A DNA stretch of 64,000 bases, from the NCBI GenBank assembly GCA_040954595.2, contig CM082578.2, forward strand, positions 11,663,166 through 11,727,165. Reading direction: 5' to 3'. Numbering within the stretch: position 1 is the stretch's first letter; every line of letters begins with the position of its first letter. The notes beneath the pieces are model-generated. The model made no database searches. It worked only from the letters and a program-made list of their open reading frames with translations, and was not told where the DNA came from. This document shows, piece by piece, positions 39,083-51,700 of this stretch. This stretch comes from Balanoglossus misakiensis. Lineage: Eukaryota; Animalia; Hemichordata. The translations under genes and the position numbers were made by a program.

Positions 39083-39704
39083 AGGCAGACAACAGCAAGA
39101 AGTCACAACCTCACCTGGCAGTCTCCAGTCTGATCATGATAGTGATTCCGATACCTATTTCACCATCTAAAGATATGGAGTCCACAAGGACCCTGAGCTA
39201 CTTTGAAGACAAAACATGTTGGCATGTTTTAACAAGATCAAATTACTTTGTAAATTAAGTTTTATCTGAGTGGAGAACATAGGATGTGTGCTTACATTAC
39301 CTTTCCTAAATTTAAAAAAAATAAGTTTGCTGAACATGGTTGCAAGATTTCCAATAAGGAAACAGATACATCCTGTCCAGAAGCATGTATCATCAACGTT
39401 CCTTACTTCTGACATTATTTTGGGCATTTTGTAATATACAGAACATCGCCAGTGTAACCAAAATAACCCTAACAATGTCAAAGGTTCGCAACTTTTCCCC
39501 TTTAAACACTGCAGAAGTTACGAGTTCACACAAAAATTAGTCCCGAGCTACACACATAAAAGAAATGTCATGGGTCGGAAAATTTGTACTCAATACGTCT
39601 TCATGTATAAAAACTGCACATAAAATAAACAGCTGGCAAATTGAGTTCTTGGCAATGACGATGATTGCGGGTGGGTGACAGAATAATAGATGCAAGTCAC
39701 TGTA

Positions 39705-42700
39705 CTACCAGACTGCTCTGCATATTCTCATTGCCGTGTAGGTGACAACCAGCTGACTTAAAATTGTGAACACTGATATTTTGAGATGTGACGCTCTGCC
39801 ACAGTCTTTAGAATCTTCCTGCGAATGGCAAACAATAGCACCAATTACACATCAAAGTCTTTTATACAGCACATGTTCATGACAATTTTCACAAGGCAAA
39901 ATATATTCAGATGAATTCCTGCAACCCTTGAGCAGGTCAACCTAATGGCAGAAGACGCCTTTGCTATTCAACATGGCAGATGTATACAAATATACAGACA
40001 AAATTTCGTAAGTCTACAAACAGGAACACCAAATTTAGTGTATTTGGCTTATTTTAATGAACTCAAAAGTTTATGTTGAAAGATAATCACTACTTGTCTC
40101 ATTGTAGATGTTACTGGTGTATTTCTTACCTGGGGGTGAAAATCATAGCAATAGTCAGGTCTTTTTCGATACCTTGGAAATTCTGAGGTTACACACGGAT
40201 CTGGTCCAGGCAGTGGAAACAGATGGTCAAGGAAAGTACATGATACATGACTGGGATATGAATTACACGAGGAAAATATCCACATTGATACATCCAGGAA
40301 CAGTTCACTTTAGGAAGAAATGTCCAATTGCAGGTTCAGTATTTTACCTTTCAAATAGACAATTGCCTAATAAATTGCATTGGGTTGATTCACTCCTAGA
40401 CTGTATACCATCACTGACTGTTGATATATGCGTAACATGCATATTACATTGTTTATGGCCATTAAACTTAAATACATCCTTAATGAATGACACCCATCAT
40501 ATAAGCATGCATCAAAAGGATATCCCTTTGTGGTTCTTGGTCTACGACGGTGTGTGGACACTCTGGACAATCAGCTTCAACGACCACTAATATCAGGTTG
40601 GTGTCTGGTACACTGCTTACACTCCATTCTCTGTTCACAAAACATATCAAGAAGTTGATCAGAGGAGTGAAATTTGAACACATAACTCAAATGATACAAA
40701 TGACCTGTCCACATCTGAACAGACTTGTTTGATGACGCATAATTATAAGCACCATCTGTGAATGATTATCCAATATTAGGATTCACCAAAATGTGAAAGT
40801 GTAGCAAGGTGGAGCTTAATAGAAGGAATATAGTTATCTATAAAGTGAAGAGTGCCTTTTCACCCAACCAAAACATGTTTAATGTTTATGCCAACAGTGT
40901 TGTTCACAATATTATGCAAATGAGTCACATACATGCAACATTGGCCATCTGATCTTACCTTGAGCAATTTCTAGCGCAAACTACCTCGCCATAAGCAGGC
41001 TGATCTTGGGGCAGGAAGTAGAACTGCTTTTCAAGTTTTATACAGCTGACATTTTCTTCAGTAACCTCTTGCGCAACAACTGCAGTGTGGAAGAACAGAA
41101 AAACAACATGTACCTCAGTGATATCCACTGCAAAACTATGTACCTTGGCTGGGTGAAACTAATTTGCAATCATTCAGACACCAACTTAAGACAAAAATAC
41201 AAGCTATAATTGCTGGACTGCATAACAGTAGGTTGGTAGCACAATCTTTCAAAATAATGCCATACATTATGTATATGTATACACCTTCCAAAATGTGAAT
41301 GTGAACAATAAAAAACTTTATGCCAGCTGCACTTTTAATAATAAGATCAAACTTTTGTAAAACAACAATAAATATATGTCACAAACCTGTTGTTGACCAT
41401 GAAGAAAATAATATATTGTAGAGACTGTACTGAAGGAACCCCCTGCGGGAAAAAGACAGCAACATGTGAAAAATTTAAATTAATCAATTAATACAAATTT
41501 TTCTAAACAGATTTAGGAACTTCATGAAAACAATCTAAGAAACTTTCATTTCAGGTGAAGGAATTTAGAACAATGTTTCACTATGGAGTTTGTACAATCA
41601 ATTTCCAAATATATGCTTCATTAACAACAAGACTGTCATTTGGAACTAGAAACATTATGTTTCTTACCATGTTGCCTTTGAGGCCCACCAGTTTAGAGTT
41701 AAAGCTTCTGGTAAGGAAAGTGATGGCTGCAAAAGGTAGAAAAAAACACCAAATCAGGATGTGAGACATTGCCTATCGAGACAGATGTTAACAAGTTATA
41801 CCAAATTTCAACGTGATTTAAATAAAAGATAATAATTAATGTTATGTAACTGACGCTACTTACGATATTAATTGACCGCGAACCAGCAGCTGTGTAACTT
41901 TCCTCCAGTTTGGGACATGACGCCTGGTAGTCAAAAGACTCAATTCTGCAAAATGACAAAGTACACAATGTGACAAATTGTGAAAAAGGCACTAGATCAA
42001 TAACCATATGAGAGATATTGCAATTTTGATTCTAATTATGTTCAGCACTTTCATCCAAATCATCTGATGATAACTTGGGTATTCCACCACTTTTGAAACA
42101 CAATGAATTTACGTCTAACTCTTATTGGCTTGTCACACAAATGATCCATGATTGCCCATACATATATGACCTTGCACTATGAATACACTGTACAACGCAA
42201 AGATGACAGAGAGGAAGCAATTCACACAAACTCACTTGTCAAAGACAGTTCTGTTCAACAAATCATTCATGATGTCCCCTTCTATAACTCCAAAGAAAGT
42301 TCCCACCTGTGAGGCATAAACAGAATCAGCGATCAGGAAGAATATAACAAAAGCTCATCAGATCATAATGGGCAGCCATCTATTACACTTATACAAGTCC
42401 ATGTACTAAGAGAACAAGTGAACAACACACCATCTCCTAGTAAAGATAATGTGACTAAACCTGCAATGGGCAGGTGGAAGTGTAAATCTGAAACTCACTC
42501 TTGTGATAGAGAAAACCATCCCCTAGCATAAAACATTTAGTTCCACCAAATATATCTCACTGAGAACATTTTGCATTTACTTTGTAATTTTACACCTTCA
42601 GAAATTCTCTGGCAAAGATTGCGTCCTACATGGTACGACAATACTACATACTGCTAATGACACACAGTTGTTAGTTTGAATGTTTAAACTATCAAAATAT

Positions 42701-45700
42701 GGGCAAAGTGCAGGGCCAGTGTTCTACTGTACCACATCTCATCAACGTCAGAGACAGAAACAGAACATGTAAAGCTTACTTGATCTCGATAGTCCTCTTG
42801 ATTACTGGCCATTAGGAATCCACCATTATCAATCAGGTAACAGTTCAAATCCTGTCAGAGCAACGATAAAACCAACAACAGTCAAAAAAACCTGCCCATA
42901 AAATGTGTACAGAGTATCAGCTGTGCATATACCCCATGCTTGATGTTTATACTTTGTTTGATGTAAATGTAGTTTCGTTCGGCAGATAGTCTCGGCATAT
43001 TGCAAAACACTTTCAGACTTTCCTGGGTAATTAGGGTATTGCTGAGTGAATGAATGGTGTGTTAGGTGTTAATCTGACCCAAATGTGTGTTGTACTTTTG
43101 TGGAGATTTCTTTAGCAGGACTACAAAGTAATTTAACGTTACATTAGCTCAACTTACCTCATCAGCACAACTGCGAAAACATCTGCTGCCCAAGCACTGC
43201 GCAGAATGAAAAGATACAATGGACATTCAAAACTTGGGAAAAACACATTTGGTGAGATGAAATTCGAGGGAAATCTTTTGAGCGGGGGAAAGAAGTGGAA
43301 TCGTTATTCAATAGAAAGGCTTGAAAAGACTTTTGTGTACACATATTGTTGCCATTATCAATGTCATAACCTACTCAGAGTTCGACAACACTCAAATGAC
43401 TTAATGCAACAAAAATGCATGTGTAGACTATTCATGGAAATCAAACAGCACTCAGATTTTAAGAATGTACTTTGGGTTCATTCTGGGAAATTTCAAGAGT
43501 TGGTCTTTTGCATGACCAATGGTGATACATCACTAGTTGTGCAGTATTAAATTTCCAATAATATTCTTTAGTTTTATTGCAATCCATATTGTTTCCTGCA
43601 ATCCATTCAGACTTGCCAAAAAACTAACACGCAATCTTGTGCACACTGAACACTTTCAAAGTAGTTCAGTTCAAATATATAACAGCAAGACACGTCATTC
43701 GATATAAAATGTTGTGGAAAATCAGCACAAATTAGTGGAAAATTATCAATAACTGCTTAGTTAAATATGGCTGGAATTTCAAAACATTCGGCTTACTTGT
43801 GTTGTGATATTAATCCACGCACTCTCAAAAGATTCCTGTGTGAAGAACGAGGCCAGTACCGCTGGTTTCACTTGCTTCTCTAAAGTCACAGCTTTGCTTG
43901 CCCTGACCATCGTGGTGCAGTTGTCACTTTTCCGAAATTTTGCTAGGAGAAGAAAACATAGCTTTGTAATCACACCAGCCTGATATTTTTTTCTACATGA
44001 GTGTGGGAGTCACAGAGTGATGCCCTAAGGAAACGAGGGCAAACTCTCCATAAATACACTGAACATGTACATGTCATGGTTTGACAAAGTGTTACTGGTG
44101 TACAAACGAAGTTGGTCAACGTTAACAGCCACATGAATGTAGACATTATGCGTCACATTGCCCCATAATAAGCTTGCATACATTTTCAGTTACATTGCCA
44201 TAAGCTGGTGTATAGACGCTAACACCAGCATTCTTCACCATTACGCTAGCACAGTCAAAAACAGTCACATTGCCCCAGATTATTCACAGTCACATTCGGC
44301 AAGATTACGCTAAAAGACACTACCATTTACATCAACAGAAATTAATTTGGCAGACGTTAACAGTCACATTACCCAACAAGACAAATCTGGCTGACATTAA
44401 CTGTTCCATTACCCTGAAATTAAACTAGCTGATATTAAAGTCAAATTGCCTGGGATTAGGCTGGCAGCTATTGTCAGTCACACAGCCTCAGGCAGGCTCT
44501 GGCAGACATTATGCTGCAAATTCGGTCAACTTATATTAGTCACATGCATAGCTCCAAGTCATACTGGTAGATGTTTATCCACATCAGACTTCGCTGGAAA
44601 ATGTCAACAGTCTCACTATACACTTACCGGTATTGCATGATGTAGTTATGACATAGTCATTTTCATACAATGATCTCTCATAATATTCCTGTTCCCATGG
44701 ATCCCTCAGTTTATTTAGGGCTTCATCCCTGGATCTGGAAAGAGATATCAATCTTACTTATCCCTGGGTCTAAAAAGAGATAACGTTTTTTTTTCTCCTT
44801 CATTGCAAATCATCATGCATAAACAAATGTGAAGGTTTACAATACAATATGCCTGCCGAGACAAAAACCTACATTTTAACGTTGCATTCTAACCAGCAAA
44901 CGTACAAAATGTGAGGTCAGGTCTTATTTAAAACATGTCCAAATGGGCAACCTCTTCTTGGCCTCTTGCCCTGAAATACAAGCCATGTTTCAGTTCTCAA
45001 CCCCCTTCAATTGACACACAATCGTGCTGCGCTGATCTAATAAGTCGTCAAAAGACAAACACTTCATGTATTTTCCGCCAGCTTTTGCACTGAGTGTTTT
45101 TTATTCCCATCAAGAAGCTAATCAAATCGAGATATTCAGTGACTTGTTACTCACTCGCCAGCTGGGTAAATCCTGGTCAGCCCACCAATCGTACCAATCA
45201 TCAGCAACTTAAAATCTAATCTAGAATTACAAAACAAAAGTGGTGCTCATTTCACAGTCCATTTAGAACGCACAGTACGGTAAAGATTTGTATTTTACTG
45301 GCCTTCTAATCCCAATGCTCTCTCCCTATTAGCTCACTGCTATAATATTTTGTATATCCATTAAAAAACTGCATAACACTCTCGATGTTCATGCCAACTT
45401 TGATACTTACTTATAGGTGTTGTTATGGATACCGGTGGCCCACACATTTTCTGCCAGGTCTTCCGTTGTTTGCAAATCAAACTGAAGCCTTTTCAACATT
45501 TCGACATCGCCTGAAAATGAGGAAGTCACACATATGAAATGTTCAGGAACTTTGCGCTATAAGTGTTAACAAGTGCTTGGTTTCCATCACATGATAAATA
45601 TTTTCTGACAACTTGAAAAAAAATCAGACTGACAGATTGACTGATTGAATTTTATATCTGCAGTGAAAAGATCACTGCCAGCTTTGTAACGTGTACAAAT

Positions 45701-48700
45701 TGAACAATAACGTCAGGACAAAAAATAAGCCAATATAAAAGTATGAATTTAACTATTAAGCCCTGTTTGATGTACAAATGTAATTCAATAATACAGTCAA
45801 TGATTTACACTATCCCGTTTTGCGTATATCACTACTTACATCCCTCAGGTACATCTGCCCCTGGAGTGACCAGAAAGTCTTGGATAAATGACATTATTGC
45901 TTCCACACTACTGTTCTGATCTTGGCCACGGCAGAATTGCCTAAAAATAAATAACAACACAAACATTTACAACTGTACATGCCCATAATAAATAATTCAC
46001 GATTGATACTCCAATTTACCATAAATGTTAGTACATGTACACACCATTTACTTTTGACAAGTTTTTTTAAGATTTTTTTTTTCAAGTTGGACTTTATACT
46101 GATTGCTGTGATGTAAAATATGCTGTTTTATCAACATGTAATACATGTCTAAACATTGACATACACAATCCACTAGTTTATTTCTTACCATGGAGCAAAA
46201 AGAAGCCTAGAATCCTCTGGTTCTAGAAGACTTGGAGATCGCTCTAGAAAAGAAAAGGCCATTCTCTAACATCTTTTTCATAATAAATCATCATAAATGA
46301 CACAATTTGTCAGTGAAGAAGGATTGTGGAGATAAGCTCCATCTGCACATAACTTGGAATAGTTTCATTTACACATTAAAACAATAGCATTACCAAAAAC
46401 GCAACAGATCAAAATAACCAAGTGAACTTACTATCTTCAAAGTCAGTCTTGTTTAACTGCATGTAATGGAGATTGAAACTGGGCAAGGCAATTGCCATAC
46501 TGTGGGGGAGAAAACAATGTCATGAGAAAGTGTATTAAGAAACTATCAACTTGACCGAAATCTTCCTCACATGCCTAATTAACAAACTGGGATTTCCTTT
46601 AACTGGGCAGAAGGAAATCAATATGACAATTCATAATTGATGATTTATAAAACAAAAGTAAAAAAACACACACTTACCTGAAGGATGTATTTTCAATAAA
46701 TTTATAGCAATATGTCATGTTCACCATATACACATACCGCTGTAATTTTGAAAAAGAAAAGGTGACATTTCATACATTTTTATCTTACAAAATATGCGGA
46801 ACAAAAACTATATAATCAAAACATGTACATGCACAGAGTGGGGTATGTCTCATCTGAAATAGAACTATTCAATATACATTGTAGTGAAAATAGTATTTCC
46901 CTACTTTAGACTGCCAGTTGATGGGAATTTGCCCTTTGCATGCTTCTCAGTTGGTACAACCAACTACTCAAAGCACGGTTACATTGTTAGAGGATGTCCA
47001 ACTAACACAATATTATGCGTGGGTTGATGTAAGGATAAGCTTACACTGCTCACCTATTACACTCGTATTACGCTGCTGACCAAATGTTGACACACTCACA
47101 AAAATTATGACAATTTCAATGACGGTTAAAAGTATCTAAGATTCGAGTTTCAATGATACACGTCACGGTACTGACCTCTTTGATTCCGATTCCATATTCA
47201 TTGCGTTGGGGGGTCTCTATGACCATTGAGCCTTGTTCCTGATCAATCATATTCTTGCGCAACTGCAAACCAAAGCAAGCGCATGTAAATGTACACCATA
47301 TTCAAATATAAAATTGAGGGTTGGGTATACATGTATCTGTACCTACATGTACATTACAATGATGACAAAAAAAAGAAAATCAAATACAGCATTTAAGGTC
47401 AGGTTAGGGCAAGGAAGATATTGTTTTTCTTCTTGTGTAACAAGTTTATATTTACTCGTAAAAAGTCTGCTAATGAACACCAGTTCAAAGTAATGACACT
47501 CATACCTCATACTTTCCTGTTGCATTTAATTCCACTTCTAGGAAGTCCACGTTTGGAGGTTCGATCAGGTATCCAAGCTGTGTGAGAAGACATGGGCGCA
47601 TCATTACACAAGTCCCTCATGTTCTAAAAGTATACTGACAACCTTAACACCAGCTTTTTTTTACCAGTGAGCATTTTCCACACACATACACATTGGGCGG
47701 GAATAACATACTATAATTGTAACTGAAAATCACAGTGAAAATGACTGCAGATCTCGAGGGTGCAGTAATTTCTTTAAATGAACAGTACTCTAATATCAAA
47801 TCAGCCACGTATTTGTTGAAAAATGCTCAATATCCAGGTGCATGAATCTCACAAAGAAACCAAATTCCACATGTAGCTTTGTCACTCATGTACTGATTTA
47901 TCCTGAAAACTATAATTTTTGACATTCTATCACTCAGTCTGAGCCTCAAAGAGATGCATTTAAATTCATCTGCAAGCATTTCCACTGTGTAATCAAGGTA
48001 GGACTTAGATGGTTTGCTAAATTTCGGAAAAATAATAGTGATCAAAAAATAAATCAACAGACAATGCAGAAAATGATTTTAAAAAAGCTGAACGATTGAT
48101 CATATACAGTATTATGCAACTACAGCAAATTAAAATACAATATGGCATTTGTGCCACAGCAAAGTAAATAGTCTACATGTAGCTGAAGGGGGAGGTGAAC
48201 ATTCTTTTAACAATTACTCCTGCGGATTGGATAAATCATAAAATTAGTATTGTAAAGAGGAAAGCAAAACAAGCAAAGAGGACCTAAATTGCCATTTATC
48301 TGCAATTTAACTGAATAGCAAATAAAATCTTTGTGTCATAAAATCAGCAAAATGACATCCACATTATGTGCAAAATATCGACTGAAGCAGCATGGGAAAA
48401 GGGAAGTAGCCAACATCGCTTGGGGGTGAAAACAAGTCACAATATAATTTATCTTTATATTGTCAGAAAAAAAGTAATGTTATTTTCGTCTAAAATATCA
48501 AGTAAATGCAAAAATATCCATATTTGCCATGAGAGAAAAAAAAGCTCTGCATAAATGATTGATTTTATGAATACGATGGTGAAAAAGATGATAAGAGCAT
48601 TCTGTTTCAAGATATCAGTTTCTCTCCTGGGATAGTATTGGGTAAAATGGAACAGAATGATAATGTGACAGAATGTGTCGCCGCACACAAAGAATGAAAT

Positions 48701-51700
48701 GGTGAAAAAAAAAATTTATTGTTGGGTAAAAAATGTTGACATTCAGCAGTAATACTGAAAAAAATGCCATATCGTGAGATGTTTAATGGTAGAAGGGGTT
48801 TGAAGTGTGAAGTTTTTCTAGGATGTCTGCATTTTAAAATGAGGATGGAAAACTGAAGTGGGTGTGGCAGGATGTTATGGACATCATCAACACAACGGAA
48901 TGAGAAGCAGACACAGTGGCAGATGGAGACAAACACGGAATGAAAACACGCTATGGATTTATGACATACACGGTAACATATATATCTATCAGTTGAGTTT
49001 TATCACGATCGCATCTCAACACGATCATAAACCTGGCATTGAGATGTGCAAACTTCTTCACTGAAAGCCAACAATTCAAATAAAAAATATTTTAAAATTT
49101 TTTTAAAAGCCCATGTTTGGATTTTACCCATCATTTTTCAACGAAAGACGTGACAATCCCACAACATCGTGGGACATGGCTATATACATGCTAACATACA
49201 CAACCTGACATCCCGTCATACCCGGGGGTGTCACTCCCAGCCAATTCATGCATTTAATTTAAACACACGTGAAGAATCCATGGACACTGAGGTTCTGTGT
49301 ATAAAAGTGAAAAAGGTAACCACAATTGCTACCATCACTGGCATATACGTTACTATCCTGTGTTTATCACAGGACGTCAACCACGACATACATGTATCAC
49401 ACACTTTTTTTGTCTTATTTCAGACTTCTAAAAGAATCAGTGTGTTTCCATCACAACGGCTAGCACTTCCCAGTGAGTCATGACTGCACCTGGGACACAC
49501 AGTCTCGCCCAGGACCTGCATGCATCATCCTGGTGTTTCAAAATGACGGGTAAAATCACAAAAAGTTTGATCTCGTACATGTTTTAATTGTATTCAGTTT
49601 GTATTTCCTTTGACGTGAGCAATGCCAGGCACAAACGTACAAGGAGATAATTACCACCACAAAAGTTTTCTTGTTTAAAGAACTATGGAAACCTGCATGT
49701 ACTCTAGTCTTTTCAACTTCTTGATATTTTCTTGTAATAAAACAAATTAAAATGCTTGAATATTCATCAATCAAATTTACTCAAGACTTGAAAGTCTATC
49801 CTTAACTTGCAGGTTTCCATGAAGTAAAAATCTGTTAACATACACACACTATAAATAAGACAATATTTATCTTCTAATAAACGTTTAATAACTGCCTCCT
49901 TCATTATTACAATCATATACATTTATGACACCTAAGAAAATATACCTTCAGCCCTTCATCATCAGTTTCTCGAGCTTTCGACTCCTGGATGTTATCAACA
50001 ATTGATGTAAATACCCAATTTGCATAACATGCAGGTGTCATCCACCCATCACATGCATTCTCTACAAAATCATGCACTGATCATGCAGCTATCATGGGAC
50101 TCTTCTGCACAGTCCAGGGCCAAGGGTCATTCCTGGCTTTTCATACAGCCATTAAATCAGTGGCACAAAAGTGACACAAGAAAATGGTTTTGGACCTTTC
50201 CCCTTGAAGGGAAATTTGCTTTGATCTCCTATGGTTCCGCATGTAACAAGATACACATGTATGTGCATTTTTCTGTTGCATTACAAGAGGGTCAATGTGA
50301 ACTGTGCAAAAGACTTTCCGACGTTAAAAAAAGCATGCAACATGCAAGATACAGTCAGCTTTAAAACAACTCCTGGAACAGATATACCTGTAAAGAAACT
50401 ATTTGACAGGAGAAAGAATGAATAATAGATTATGGAGACACAGACATTCTGTGAGACCCAAAGTGGACAGTAAACAATTGAGGAAAACAATAGACTGTAA
50501 TGAGTGTATATTCGTGATAGTCGGTGATGTGTATATGTGCCTACATACAATATATGAAAAATGTCATGAATGATCAGGGAAGGTGATGGAGGGGTAACGT
50601 TAATAGATGAAATAAATGGGGGGATGTCATTTAAGTGACATTGATGAATTTATTTGGAAACTCATCTTTTGGCATTGAATTACATGTATGCACTGCAAAT
50701 GCTACATGACTTTGTTCACTATAAAACCTGACAGACCTATGTTGGTTAACTATGTGATCTTGATCTTCCACTACGGAGGTTTATGTACAAGGCCAATAGA
50801 TGCAAAATTACGTTATCTAGCATGGGACATGTTGTAAAAAATTACTGCCCAAATATGGAATTATGAGCCCTTCACATCAAACAACTAATCACCATCTCTG
50901 GTGTTGACAGTTAGATATTCCAGCTGTAATGCAATTGTACAATTCAGGATTTGCAATATGGCTGTATGAAGTCATACTAGTTCCCAGTGAAAATGATAGC
51001 AAATGTGTAACTATATGATTTAACCATTACAGACAAATATCTATAACGAAGATTTTTTTATTTCATACAAAAATTTCATCATTGGACAATCTTTGAACAT
51101 TAATATCACCATGTGAACCAATGCTAACTGTACCTCTCCAAATTTAAGATCCTTATAGTTAATAAGAACTGTTTTGATATTAATTAAAAATACAAACAGA
51201 AATTCTTGGGGCAACATCTACAAACCAAGACATGTCATTGAGTTAATCGTGGATTTGATACTAACTACTTGTGTATGTCATGCTACCAGTATACAAACAA
51301 ATAAATACACAATAAGAAAAAATGTTTAGTTTTTAGCCTTACCTGTCCCTTCAGCCGGGGGTGAATCAAGATATAGCCATTGGAGTTGATTCCAAATGCG
51401 TAGCTGGCCGGTCCTAACTGTTAGACAGTCAAGATGAAATACAGTCACAGAAATGACCATTTTTTTCATTTAAAAAAATGAAAATGCAGAGATAATGCAA
51501 GATACACATAATGCAATGTAAAGTTAAGAAAATGAAAAAGAGACAATCTCATAAGATTTTAATAACTGACAGGCAATGGGTAGCTGTAAATCGGCATGGC
51601 AGCACATTCATTTAATACTGTTAGCAAAGTACAGAGGTTCACAATTAGTATAGGTATCTTTTGTCTCAACGCAACTACTAAGTATGTTAACAAGTTATAT

